A DNA stretch of 64,000 nucleotides, from contig NC_068991.1 of NCBI RefSeq assembly GCF_001194135.2, positions 17,036,752-17,100,751 on the forward strand. The letters are read 5' to 3'. Under the pieces are notes generated by a model. That model was not told the DNA's origin. It searched no databases and saw nothing but the letters and a program-made list of their open reading frames with translations. The position numbers were made by a program, and so were the translations under genes. Source of the DNA: Octopus bimaculoides. Lineage: Eukaryota. Of this stretch, positions 12,339-25,715 are shown one piece after another; the stretch's first letter is position 1, and the number at the start of each line of letters is the position of its first letter.

Positions 12339-13307
12339 GCATAGACTAATTTTACATATTAAACACATTGATGGCAACTGGTAAATACATATTGTTGGCA
12401 GGGACACTGTATTTCGTTTGCACCCATAATATACTCCCATGTATATTAAAGTAGGACACAGGATTGATTTATAAACCGTTAATCTACTGGTTGCATCTGT
12501 AGTGTGATGTTATGTGTTGATGAATACTTAAACAATTGAATATAGGATTACCAAGTCATGCCTGTATATTCATGCATGCTAATATACGAGCATCAACTGC
12601 GTTACAGGAGCATTGCACTCTTAGAAATCTTAGTGAAACGTGAAGTTTCATAATGTGACATGTATTTTGATACTGACATCCATGTTGCATGGAAACCAAT
12701 GACCATGAAAATCAATGGAGAAATGTGCTCTGCATTAAGAAACTCTGTGTTAATGTAAGATTTTCATTAGCCCAATGTTCATATTAAGATGGTATATGCC
12801 TCACAACATGGATCTAGATGGGTTCTGAGTTGTAGAGTGGTGGTTCGTCTCTAAATTAGTTATATACATATATATTATATATTAGGAAACCTGGTATATT
12901 ATTATACTGATTTTTGCCTGTAAGGTTGGAATGAATTTGTTATTCCCTAATATTATTACTATATATATATATGTGTGTGTGTGTGTATGTATATGTATAT
13001 GTATATGTATATATANNNNNNNNNNNNNNNNNNNNNNNNNNNNNNNNNNNNNNNNNNNNNNNNNNNNNNNNNNNNNNNNNNNNNNNNNNNNNNNNNNNNN
13101 NNNNNNNNNNNNNNNNNNNNNNNNNNNNNNNNNNNNNNNNNNNNNNNNNNNNNNNNNNNNNNNNNNNNNNNNNNNNNNNNNNNNNNNNNNNNNNNNNNNN
13201 NNNNNNNNNNNNNNNNNNNNNNNNNNNNNNNNNNNNNNNNNNNNNNNATATATATATATATATATTTATACACACACACACAATTTGATGTAGGTATGTA
13301 TGAATGC

Positions 13308-13338
<31 letters not shown>

Positions 13339-13664
13339 TGTACTATATACGTCAATGTATTGGCCAACATGACAGAACATGTCTAGTGACCATCCTAGGT
13401 TTCTCACATTACAATGATTTGTACTCATACAGCCTCTTAAGAAACCACATTCGCACGCATGCACGCACATATTTTTAATGCTAATTTCTAATATAGCTCT
13501 ATGCTTTAATTATTTATCCCCTGTATTTATAACATCCTTACAGGTGAAATAATGATAATAATAATAATATACGTCACACTGATAAATCAATACATTATAT
13601 TATGATGTCGTAATTACTGTTGCTGCTGATTCGTAGCATATTCTTTGCTGTTGTTGTTGTTGTT

Positions 13665-13910
13665 GTTACCTTGTGCACGTAAGTGTAAGCAGGGTATTGT
13701 AGTCGCTCGTCTTTGTCTGTGTGTTTTCAAAATTACTGGATAATGGCTGAACGGATTTTCACCAAATTTGGCAGAAATACTCATTAAGTGAGTGGCTTGA
13801 AACTCATTAAATTTTGACGGATGGGTGAATCAAAATTTTTGATTTTCTTTGTTTCATAAGCATAAACGATAAGCAGGGGGAAATAACTCTTGATGTCATT
13901 TTGTTGAAAT
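13665..13910 (+). mobile_element. Helentron/DINE-1-like non-autonomous element (degenerate)
   Basis: GTCT/GT-type microsatellite core followed by a ggctgaacggattttcaccaaatttgg motif typical of such elements (recalled, not searched). A related copy lies near 21385-21680. Confidence 0.4.
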
Positions 13911-13940
13911 ATGAATTTGAGAATATCTATATATAAAACT

Positions 13941-14072
13941 AGCAATGTTAATTCTCTAAACGAGGTATTAACAGTAACTGCACGATAAACTGAAGTATAT
14001 TGCCACTTAAATGTGGCTGACCCCTAGGGGTGGATGTTACTGTTGCTTTTAGCCCCAGGAGGACATCTCCTC
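13941..14072 (+). mobile_element. Truncated copy of the 6566-6900 foldback family
   Basis: Matches 6566-6697 with a few substitutions and is cut off by an abutting SINE. Confidence 0.75.
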
Positions 14073-14747
14073 TTTTACTCTTTTACTTGTTTCAGTCATT
14101 TGACTGTGGCCATGCTGGAACACCGCCTTTAGTCGAACTAATCGACCCCAGGACTTATTCTTTGGAAGCCTAGTACTTATTCTATCGGTCTCTTTTGCCG
14201 AACCGCTATGTTACAGGGACGTAAACACACCAGCATCGGTTGTCAAGCGATGTTGGGGGGATAAATACAGACACACAAACATACACACACACACACATAT
14301 ATATACATATATACGACGGGCTTCTTTCAGTTTCCGTCTACCAAATCNNNNNNNNNNNNNNNNNNNNNNNNNNNNNNNNNNNNNNNNNNNNNNNNNNNNN
14401 NNNNNNNNNNNNNNNNNNNNNNNNNNNNNNNNNNNNNNNNNNNNNNNNNNNNNNNNNNNNNNNNNNNNNNNNNNNNNNNNNNNNNNNNNNNNNNNNNNNN
14501 NNNNNNNNNNNNNNNNNNNNNNNNNNNNNNNNNNNNNNNNNNNNNNNNNNNNNNNNNNNNNNNNNNNNNNNNNNNNNNNNNNNNNNNNNNNNNNNNNNNN
14601 NNNNNNNNNNNNNNNNNNNNNNNNNNNNNNNNNNNNNNNNNNNNNNNNNNNNNNNNNNNNNNNNNNNNNNNNNNNNNNNNNNNNNNNNNNNNNNNNNNNN
14701 NNNNNNNNNNNNNNNNNNNNNNNNNNNNNNNNNNNNNNNNNNNNNNN

Positions 14748-14787
<40 letters not shown>

Positions 14788-15962
14788 CACACACACACAC
14801 ACACACATCACTCTTGCAGCCAGCTGGCTGAGTTAATATACATGTATAAAAGGACAGATGAGCTTAGTGTAGGTTCAACAACTAGCTAGCAATTGCACAG
14901 GCCCTCAGAAATTCCCGGTTAGTGCCTGGTGTGCTGGAAGGCACTTCTCAGCTAAAGCATGTATTTTGGAGAAGGTCACTCTGATATAAAGCCTGATATA
15001 CGAGGAATGGCAATGGACGTTTTGAAGGATCATTTCCCTTCTAGAGAAGAGAGTTTTATTTTCTGTGCCAATTTACAGCAAAGATGAGCAAGGCAAGCAA
15101 AAGATTTAGTGAACAAATCAAAGGGAGACAATTTCATAATGGAGTAGAGGGGAGTAATTCATGTCTTTTGTTTCTCGTAGAATGAATACATAATTGTTGA
15201 AACTTGTTCATGTTCGATTTTTTAAAAAAAACTGCTGAAATTGAAGCAGTGTTTGTCTATTAGCAGTGAGCTTCATAATGCCGCCTAGCTATTGATTATT
15301 TTGTCTATATATAATTATAAGAAGAGCTGGCAACCGAATGGAGAGGATATCGCTGCTTCTTGGCAAATTGTCCAAGACATACAGAAAGATACAAAGACAA
15401 TAGCCCCTGCATACGATCTGATAGAAAAAGAATCAGTAAAACAAATAAAGAATTTTTAGGCTTTAATGTTGTAGCCTATTCTGTTCACAGGAGATAGTAT
15501 TCTAGCAATAAGAGTTACTATGTGGGAGTAAAAATTGTTACTATAGCTATGGATAGTTATTATGAAGGAGTACTTGTATATTTTGCTTCAAACTCACCTA
15601 TGAGTGATAAGCTCAAGTGTGTGTGCGTGTGTGTGTGTGTGTGTGCATGTGTGTGTGTGTGCGAGTGTGAGTGTGTTTCCAGATGAGTTGAGGAGAGGGA
15701 AGATAAGGAGTAAGAGGAGGAGGAGGAGGAGGAGGAGAAGAAGAAGAAGAACAACAACAACAATTGTTATCCTCAAGGACAAAATGCTGGCATTTCTTCC
15801 AGCTTTTTATGGTCTGAGTTCAAATACCGCTGAGGTTAGCTTTGCCTTTCATCTTCCCATGGTCAATGCAATAAAGTAGCAGTCAAGTACTAGGTTCAAC
15901 GTAATTGACTAAGTCCTCCCTTTAATAATGAAAATTTTTTAAAACTTGTTATTATTGTTGTT

Positions 15963-16350
15963 GGAGGTGCAATGGCCCAGTGGTTAGGGCTGCGGACTCG
16001 CGGTCATAGGATCGCGGTTTCGATTCCCAGACCGGGCGTTGTGAGTGTTTATTGAGCGAAAACACCTAAAGTTCCACGAGGCTCCGGCAGGGGATGGTGG
16101 CGAACCCTGCTGTACTCTTTCATCACAACTTTCTCTCACTCTTACTTCCTGTTTCTGTTGTGCCTGTAATTGAAAGGGTCAGCCTTGTCACACTGTGTCA
16201 CGCTGAATATCCCCGAGAACTACGTTAAAGGTACACGTGTCTGTGGAGTGCTCAGCCACTTGCATGTTAATTTCACGAGCAGGCTGTTCCGTTGATCGGA
16301 TCAACTGGAACCCTCGACGTCGAAGCGACGGAGTGTCAACAACAACAACA
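15963..16350 (+). mobile_element. Full-length tRNA-derived SINE with (CAA)n tail
   Basis: A-box tggcccagtggtt, B-box ggtttcgattcc, (aac)n tail; the 3' half recurs near-identically at 29879-30105. Confidence 0.85.
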
Positions 16351-17785
16351 AATTCAGTCAGCTTTGCCTGTCATCAAGGTTGATAAAATAAGTCCCTATT
16401 GAACACTGGGGTCGCCTTAATCAACTTAATCTCTCCCCCTAAACCTACTGGCCTTGTACCAAAATTTGAAACCAAAATTCTTGTTGTTATTGTTGTTGTT
16501 GCTGGAGATTGGCAAGGGCAGTTCTTTGGCAAAATCAATAAGAGCTCTAGTATTTAGTTATGGCTCTTTATGTTCTGAGTTCAAATCCCACCATGGTTGA
16601 ATTCGCCTTTTGTCCTTTGAAAGTCAATAAAATAAAGAATCAGTGGAATACCAGGACCATTTTAATTAATTAATTAACCCTTTCTTTCCTAATCTTAGAA
16701 AGGATTATTATTGTTTTTATTGCCAAGATTTATCTAATACTAGCACCGTATAAACTCAGAAAAATATAGGAGTACACACCATAATCGCTTCTAGTTTAGA
16801 TATAAGACACGTAGTTTTGAGGGGAGGGGTTAGTCAATATCATCAATTCCATAACTTGTAGCTGTGTATGGTGGTGGGGGTGTTGCTTTCTCCTTGCCTT
16901 GACATTACGTGATAGTTGTAAGCAAATCATGTCCCTTGTTTCCAAACTTCCATGAAAACATGGTCATGGAGAAATATTACTTCACTCGAAAATAGGTGAG
17001 GGCTGGTGACAGGAAGTGTACCCACCCAGTGAGAGAAAAATAAATCTTCCTCAACACATTCTGTCCAGTTCATGTAAGCATGGAAAAGTGGAGATTAAAT
17101 CAATAACGACAATGGTGGTGGTGGTGGTAGTGGTGATGATGGGTGAGGAGGAGTCAGTGGCAAACTTTTGGAATAGCTCCCATGAATAAAATGGTCTTTT
17201 TCAGCATTTTTTTGTTATTTTATAATGCTCTGATTTCTAAAGGTCATATAATTCAAATTAATTTTTTTTTTTTTTTTTTTTTTTCNNNNNNNNNNNNNNN
17301 NNNNNNNNNNNNNNNNNNNNNNNNNNNNNNNNNNNNNNNNNNNNNNNNNNNNNNNNNNNNNNNNNNNNNNNNNNNNNNNNNNNNNNNNNNNNNNNNNNNN
17401 NNNNNNNNNNNNNNNNNNNNNNNNNNNNNNNNNNNNNNNNNNNNNNNNNNNNNNNNNNNNNNNNNNNNNNNNNNNNNNNNNNNNNNNNNNNNNNNNNNNN
17501 NNNNNNNNNNNNNNNNNNNNNNNNNNNNNNNNNNNNNNNNNNNNNNNNNNNNNNNNNNNNNNNNNNNNNNNNNNNNNNNNNNNNNNNNNNNNNNNNNNNN
17601 NNNNNNNNNNNNNNNNNNNNNNNNNNNNNNNNNNNNNNNNNNNNNNNNNNNNNNNNNNNNNNNNNNNNNNNNNNNNNNNNNNNNNNNNNNNNNNNNNNNN
17701 NNNNNNNNNNNNNTGCAGCACCTTTTCTAATAAAAACATTTATATTCCTATTTGTTTTCTTCTCTGTTTTCTAACCTGTTGACTA

Positions 17786-18000
17786 TGAGAGGGTACTGAA
17801 AAGTTCCTGGCTTTTGTTAAAAGAAAATACAGGAGGATCAGTTAATTGTGATTTTATACAGCATATTTCCCTCTCAGATTTGCACACTTATTATAGCAAT
17901 CCTTCAGTTTTTCTAAGCCCTGTAAAAGAACTCGGAAGGTTGAGCCTCCAGCTAGGCCTTTTGCGATACCCTTAAAGCCAGGAACTTTTCAGCACTCTCT
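17786..18000. mobile_element. Mariner-type MITE
   Basis: TIR gagggtactgaaaagttcctggcttt / aaagccaggaacttttcagcactctc; related copy at 58665-58853. Confidence 0.7.
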
Positions 18001-19277
18001 CCCATTTCTTTCTTGGGGGTGCATGGAAATTGTCTCAAGAAATATTGGTTTCAAATTATTTACACAAGGCCAGCAAGTTTAAGGAATGGGATAAGTCGGC
18101 TACATTGACTCCAGTGCTCAACTGGTATTCATTTTATCAACCTTGAAAGGATGAAAGTCAGTTGACTACAGCAGAATTTGAACTCAGAACATAAAGACGG
18201 ACAAAATGCCACTAAGCATTTTGCTTCTCAAGAAATATAGATACCCTCTAATGAAAGACAGCAGCTGATCACTAATATTTTAGTGCCTTGAAGTGAAGGG
18301 TGACTGAGCCACAGTTTTGTCTTGTCTGGGAAATGAAAAACAGTATGTAAAATTCAATTTGATAAGAATTATATCAATTTTTATTTGTTTTTGTCTGTAC
18401 ATTTTCAAAGTAAATATTTCTTTCCAGGGAGGTCGGGGAAGATCATTACTTTCTTGTCCATGAGTTGAAATATCTTAGTGGGAAAAAAAGCAACATTGCC
18501 ATGATTTGTTCAATTTTGCCATCAACACAAACACATTATAATTATGGAGTAAAAAAATTAATAAGGACAGATAATATGGTTCAATATGATATTTTTAGTA
18601 GCTCCAGCAACCATGAGCAACTTTATAAATTCATTTAATTTTTGAATCATATAGAAAAAGAGAAATGTTTTTTTACAGAATGGCAAAAGTGAGAGGTAAA
18701 ATGAAAAAAAAAACGAGGAAAGAGATGAAAAACAGGTAAATGAGATAAAAATTCCATTAAAAGATGGAATTTAATTTTTATTTTTTTTACAAGAATTATC
18801 ATTTCGTGTGTTTGGCAAACTTTAATACTGAAAACTGTCTGAAAGGTACAATGATGATAAGATATGAAGCTAGGGAATTTGAAAAACATGGATTTTTGTG
18901 AAAAAATAAATAAATATATAAAATAAAATAATGTAAATTACAAGAGTTTCGGAAAGTATGGTATTATAAAATGAAAGATACCGAAAAAAATTTCATTTTA
19001 ATCACGGTTCCTATCCAAAAGCACGGTAAGATGGAATAGGGGATCAAGAAGTTTGAAAAACAGTTTGTTTCTTGTTTGTTTGATATTTTTAATCCGAATT
19101 TCATGTTTAGAATGTGAGACATAAAACGATCAAATATGCTGAAAAATTTTATTCATGATAGTTATTCCGAAAGTTTATATATACATATTTATACACATAC
19201 ATCGTGTGCGACGTTTTAGACAACTAAGTATCATCAGCAATGAGAGAGAATAGAAAGAAAAAAAAATGATGTGTTAC

Positions 19278-19319
19278 CTTTTTAATCATGCGGAACTTAT
19301 TCCAGTGATACACCGGCAT
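19278..19319 (-). CDS. Candidate second exon of the same gene (MPVYHWNKFRMIKK)
   Basis: T-rich acceptor ...tttcatAAG, 42 nt in frame, AAG|GTAAC donor. No further exons were found. Confidence 0.33.
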
Positions 19320-19641
19320 CTTATGAAAAAAATAATAAAGCGTATACACACATACACAGAAGGAAGACAGTTGATTTGTTGATTAATCGTTACAGTGTCA
19401 TGGAACCACAGGTAAATAGAGCCGAGCTCTCTCTTTATATACGTTCTATCGTAAAGAAACCAAACGTTGCTTAGATATGTGTTAAAATATTTACATAGGT
19501 TTTAAATTTAATTTTAAAACAGGAGTATCGTTTTTCTTTGTTGTATTGTTTATTTAATCATACAAATACATATATTTATATACACACACACATACACATT
19601 CTTCTCTCCAAAGTACATTACAACTGACCAACGAAGCTCAC

Positions 19642-19755
19642 TCTCCCGCTCCTAGACTGACCTCTTATTAGGCCTCCCTCATATATTTTGCTGGACTTCT
19701 GAGATTTCGTATGAGAGGAAGTCTCGTTGCTTGACCACCACCGATCCACTTCCAT
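19642..19755 (-). CDS. Candidate first coding exon of an unidentified gene (MEVDRWWSS...QSRSGR)
   Basis: aaaaATGG start, 38 open codons, AGA|GTGAGC donor in phase 0. Confidence 0.35.
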
Positions 19756-21342
19756 TTTTTATGTAGACGGCGAAACTTTCTTAAATATTCATAAATAATG
19801 TCACATTATATTTATTTTCGGTTTTGATTTTTCTCGTTTCTGCTTTTATATCGCTCCACTTTATTTCTTTGTATCTTTAATTAAACAAGATCCCACACAC
19901 ACACATCCTCCCTAATAACACCAATAAACAAACAAGGCAGTTATTGTTTAGCCCAAGGTTAGTTTGTATTAAATAAAAGAAATTTTAAAAAAGGAAACGT
20001 TTCAGCTGTAACCATCCCACTTTTTTTTTCTCTTAGAATTTTGTATCTAGGATCATATATGTCCAATGTTCCCTTCCTATTTTATGGACGGAGAAGTGTG
20101 AATTGAGGGACATTGAGCAGCTATGTCTAGATCGTCAAGTTTCTATATACAGGCTCTCTTTCCTTGTCTCATTGTTTGGCTTGACTGCAATAAATAGATA
20201 GTTTTTTGTACTTATATAGCAACAACGCCGGTACAAAACACTTTCATCCGAATTGTTTACAAATCTGCATATACGACGTACAATAGATGCACATGCATAT
20301 CTATCTATCCATCTATCTATCTATCTATCTTTTTGTATGTGAGTGTATATATATATATAATGTATGTATGATATAAATATATGTATATGTGTGTCTGTAT
20401 ATGTATATATGTGTCTGTATATGTATGTACAAGGTGATTCGGTATTTAAATGATATATTCAAAATTTTTACTATTTATTTCGTTACAATTCATATATATA
20501 TATATATANNNNNNNNNNNNNNNNNNNNNNNNNNNNNNNNNNNNNNNNNNNNNNNNNNNNNNNNNNNNNNNNNNNNNNNNNNTTAATACTACCTTTACTA
20601 TTTTGCTGACTGCAAATATTATACACACACACACACACACATTATGTGTGTGTGTGTGTGTGAAAATGCCATTATCAAAACATGAGAGTAGTCATTGGCT
20701 TAGAAATAGCACAGTATAATGGTAATCCTGCTGAATTGTCTAGGTATATATTGATGAACCATTTAGGGCTGTCCAGCCTGCTGGCACTATGAGCAGAGTA
20801 CCCTTTGACTATCTCTCGTGAAATCTTTGAGTTGTGGTAGTCAACTGGGGTGGGGAGAAGGACCTTGGACTGTGTGGGTTAATGAAAGTAGTGAGGAAGT
20901 TGGTGAATGCTGTGCTGAAGAAATGTTCAGGAGGCATAGAGAAAAAATGGTGAGGCAGACATACATTAAGAAGCTCAACTAAGCCTCAGTTATTAAATTA
21001 TTTATATTAAATACTGAAGGAGCATTTGAATCCACCTATATATATATATATATATATAATCCAAGAGAGTTAGGAGTTGAGGATTCAACCCACTAAGGGA
21101 TAGTATCTAGAGATAGAATGGGGCATGCCAACGCCAGGCCGAAACAGCTGTAAGTTTCTGTCCCTTCTCCAATTGCTAAATGTCCTTTACATTTGAAATC
21201 TTAATTGTTAATATGACATGGTATGTCATAAGTGTCTGTATATTGTGTTTTTTGTCAATTTAGTTATAAAATAGATTAATCAACGGAATACATTGTCTGC
21301 AAGTCGATGGGTACCGCATATTCTCCTCCATTTTCTCATTGC

Positions 21343-21373
<31 letters not shown>

Positions 21374-23299
21374 ATGTATAAATGGCAATTTTTGTCTGTG
21401 GCTATGTGTGTGGTGTGTGTGTTTGCGAATTTGTTACTTTAACTCCTCCGAGTCTACCCAACCAATCTTGATGAAACTTGACATGTGCATGGGGCTTATG
21501 CCCATGCGGTCACTTATGCACTTACGAATTTAAAAAGAAACTATAATTTGTAATCATCATCAATTTTTCAAAAATCAATAGGACATTTCAATGCAAATTC
21601 TCATATGAATGTTATTTTCTGCCATAACTTTTAAAGTTTTCAACCAGTTTTGTTGAAATTTTATACACAGATGGAATATGCACTATGGATGGGCTGAGAC
21701 AAATAAATCTTTACCTAGGCCACTCAAGCAAAGTGTAAGATGATTTTTGATTAACAAAATTTGACCTAAAATGTTGTGGGGTTAAAATGTTCATCAATTA
21801 TTTCAGCATTCTCAGTTTGCTGTAATATGTATTTTCTTGACACTTGCACTTAAAATTGTCGGTTCTAACTTTTCTCTCAGGGTGCTTATACTCCGTCATG
21901 AATGCACACTGACATTACACATCCAGCAGAGCATACTAGCTTCATTTCTTTCAATTTCCAATATATATCTATATATATTATACATATATATTGTATTCTG
22001 ATCCCCTTTCCTTGTGAGTATGCCTAGCATTTTGCCACCATCTCTATCCTGCTGTCTCCCACTTTCTCTCTCTTTCTCCTGCACTTCCCTTAGGTTGGGT
22101 AATCATGTATTTCCTTTGTGGTAGCGCACTTATTTTTGTCATCATTCCTGATCTCTCTCTCTATCTCTCCCTCTCTCTATCTCTTTCTCTCTCCAGGGAA
22201 CCTCGTACTTCTCTTACTGCAAGACACCTGTTTCTGTCTCTCTGTCTCATTATAACCTTTCATCATCCAACACAACATCGCCTTCTCCAATGCCTCTTGA
22301 AAGTTTCTTTTTTTTCTTGCAAGTACTTGGTGACCCTGTCAGTGCAGGTGCCACTTAAAGCCACCAGTCCACACTGTAAAGTGGTTGGTGTTCGGAAAGA
22401 CATCCAGCTATAAAACCTTTGCCAAAACTGACCTCGCCTGTGCTTGTGCCATGTAAAAAGCACTTGTCAAAACAGTCACAGAAGCCTGGTGCTGGCTTCT
22501 GCCTGGCCACCTCTTGTGAAACCATCCCAGCTATGCTAGCAGGGAAAGCAGGCATTAAACGATGATAATGATTATATATATATAATCATCATGGTGTGAT
22601 GTATGTATGTATGTGTGTATACATACATACACACACACACACACACATATATATAATAATAATAATAATAATTTCTCTCTATATCTATAAAAACTTCTGT
22701 TGAGTTACTTCAGTCCTACATAAACTACTAATAATAATAATAATAATAAAGGGTAAAATCATAAATGATTTTAACCAAGGATGCAAGATAACCACACTAG
22801 TACTTAATAAAATGCACCTAGTACATTCTGTTAAGTGGTTGGTGAATGAGTGGAGACACTATAAGATCAAGAGGACGTTTTAGTCTTAAGGACATGCCAA
22901 CATCTCAAGTGCAAGTATCACAATAAAATTCATCCAGTATACTCAATAGTGATTGATACTAGGAAGAGAATCTGTGCATGGACTCTGACGATGATAACAT
23001 TAAGATCATTCAATTTTTTTACAGTCGATCTAGAAAAAGCTGCAAGTCAAAGAAGCATAAATAAAGAAATGTGTAAAGTCCATTATTTCTGCCTTTTCTT
23101 ATATGTCACTCTGTGAAAAAGACCAGTTTAACTGGGGAATGCAACCATGGATTTACAAAATTGACTAGTTATAGACTTCAACCTTGGAACTTGCCCTAGG
23201 ATTACCTGGAGTTCTTTACTAATCTGAAAATATCTTGTTAGGCTGCGCTGTAGTTTGCCCAAATTGATAATCCTTTATTAATAACTCTTTATTCTATTG

Positions 23300-23655
23300 T
23301 GTGCGCATGTGCAGGGTAAAATATAAAGGCCCAGATCGGTCACGAATGACCATGGTATTGCACCTAGAAAATCATCCTCTGAAGCACAAGTCCGGGCAAG
23401 GTTGTTTACTGAAGACCAGCAGTTGCCCATGCTTACCAGCCTCCCCTCTCCGTGCCACCAATGTTGTTCAAGGGAAAGGCAAAGGCTGATACAGCTTGGC
23501 ACCAGTGACATTGCAACTCATTTCTACAGCTGAGTGAAGTGGTGTGATATGAAATAAAGTGCCTTGCTCAAGAACACAACACACAGCTTGGTCCAGGAAT
23601 CAAACTCTCTACCTCTTTATTGTGAGCCTGGTGCTCTAACCACTGAGCCAGGCAT
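23300..23655 (-). mobile_element. tRNA-derived SINE family D
   Basis: Minus-strand head tggctcagtggttagagc...gtttgattcc followed by a gtgttcttgagcaaggcact core. Confidence 0.7.
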
Positions 23656-25681
23656 CTTCTGCATATATATATATATATANNNNNNNNNNNNNNNNNNNNN
23701 NNNNNNNNNNNNNNNNNNNNNNNNNNNNNNNNNNNNNNNNNNNNNNNNNNNNNNNNNNNNNNNNNNNNNNNNNNNNNNNNNNNNNNNNNNNNNNNNNNNN
23801 NNNNNNNNNNNNNNNNNNNNNNNNNNNNNNNNNNNNNNNNNNNNNNNNNNNNNNNNNNNNNNNNNNNNNNNNNNNNNNNNNNNNNNNNNNNNNNNNNNNN
23901 NNNNNNNNNNNNNNNNNNNNNNNNNNNNNNNNNNNNNNNNNNNNNNNNNNNNNNNNNNNNNNNNNNNNNNNNNNNNNNNNNNNNNNNNNNNNNNNNNNNN
24001 NNNNNNNNNNNNNNNNNNNNNNNNNNNNNNNNNNNNNNNNNNNNNNNNNNNNNNNNNNNNNNNNNNNNNNNNNNNNNNNNNNNNNNNNNNNNNNNNNNNN
24101 NNNNNNNNNNNNNNNNNNNNNNNNNNNNNNNNNNNNNNNNNNNNNNNNNNNNNNNNNNNNNNNNNNNNNNNNNNNNNNNNNNNNNNNNNNNNNNNNNNNN
24201 NNNNNNNNNNNNNNNNNNNNNNNNNNNNNNNNNNNNNNNNNNNNNNNNNNNNNNNNNNNNNNNNNNNNNNNNNNNNNNNNNNNNNNNNNNATATACACAC
24301 ACAGACACACACACACACACACACAGACATACATCATCATTGATGTCCTTTTTCTATGCTGGCTTAGGCTGGATGGTTCAACAGAAGCTAAAGAGCCAAA
24401 GGAATGAGTCAAGCTTCAATGTCTGCTTTGGTATGGTTTCTATGGTTAGATGCCCTTCCAGTTCACAGAGTATACTGGGTGGGTTTTTTTTGTTTTTTTT
24501 TTCCACACCACTGACACTGTTGAGGTCACCAAGTAACTCATAAGACAAGGCCTTTCAACTGAGTGTGGGGGGGGGGGGTGTAGTATTGAGGGAGGTTTCT
24601 TTATGCCAGGTACTGAGAGGTTGAAGTAGATAGAGGGACAGGCACAGTGTCTTGCAGAAGAGAAGACATTTGGCTCAAGGTTGTCACGCAGTAAGACTGA
24701 ACCCAGAACCATATGGTTGGGAAGCAAACTTATTACCATACAGCCTGGTTTACACTATTTACATAGCTGTGCAATTCAACAAAAAGAGAACAACAGAATA
24801 AATATTAGACTTAAAAGAATATACTGGTGTCAATTTATTTGACTAAATCCTTTAACATAGTGCACCAGCATGGCTACAATCCAGTGCCTGAAACAAGGAA
24901 AAGAGTGTTGTGAAGTGAAATGCCTCACAAATCATCTCTTAACCTGTGAGTTTATTGACAAACTTAAGGACTACCCGTGACTATTAAGTGATCAGGAGTG
25001 TGTGTGTGTGTGTGTATGCTTGGGTTGGTTCATTCTTTTGATACATTCTCGACTCTCTTGCATTCATTTAGGTTAAGTATCTTAAACTTAAAGACTGCTT
25101 CTGATAGCAGGTTTAGCAGGTGTTGGGGTACTTTGTTAATCCTTAATGTTTTCATAGCTGTCTTAGGTATTCATTTTGTTCAGTTGAATGCCATAAACTT
25201 TAGGGCTACCTGTGTTGATATCTTCTCTTAGCTTCTGTTATTTCTTTCAGTCATTGGACTGTGGCCATGCTAGGGCACCACCTTGAAGGGTTTTAGGCAA
25301 AATAAATCAACCTCAGTACTTTTTTTTTTGTTTTTTTTTTTAAGTCTGATAGTTATTCTGTTTGTCTTATTTGCTGAACTGCTAAGTNNNNNNNNNNNNN
25401 NNNNNNNNNNNNNNNNNNNNNNNNNNNNNNNNNNNNNNNNNNNNNNNNNNNNNNNNNNNNNNNNNNNNNNNNNNNNNNNNNNNNNNNNNNNNNNNNNNNN
25501 NNNNNNNNNNNNNNNNNNNNNNNNNNNNNNNNNNNNNNNNNNNNNNNNNNNNNNNNNNNNNNNNNNNNNNNNNNNNNNNNNNNNNNNNNNNNNNNNNNNN
25601 NNNNNNNNNNNNNNNNNNNNNNNNNNNNNNNNNNNNNNNNNNNNNNNNNNNNNNNNNNNNNNNNNNNNNNNNNNNNNNNNN

Positions 25682-25715
<34 letters not shown>

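Noticed and set aside
14960-15460. Protein-like fragments (DVLKDHFP..FC, VETCSC) faintly like a MULE/SWIM transposase
   Set aside because: Stops and frameshifts in every frame, wrong motif spacing and no TIRs; not supportable without a profile search.
15963-16040. tRNA-like head that could be called a tRNA gene
   Set aside because: It continues into a SINE body and tail present elsewhere in the window, and the cloverleaf is incomplete.
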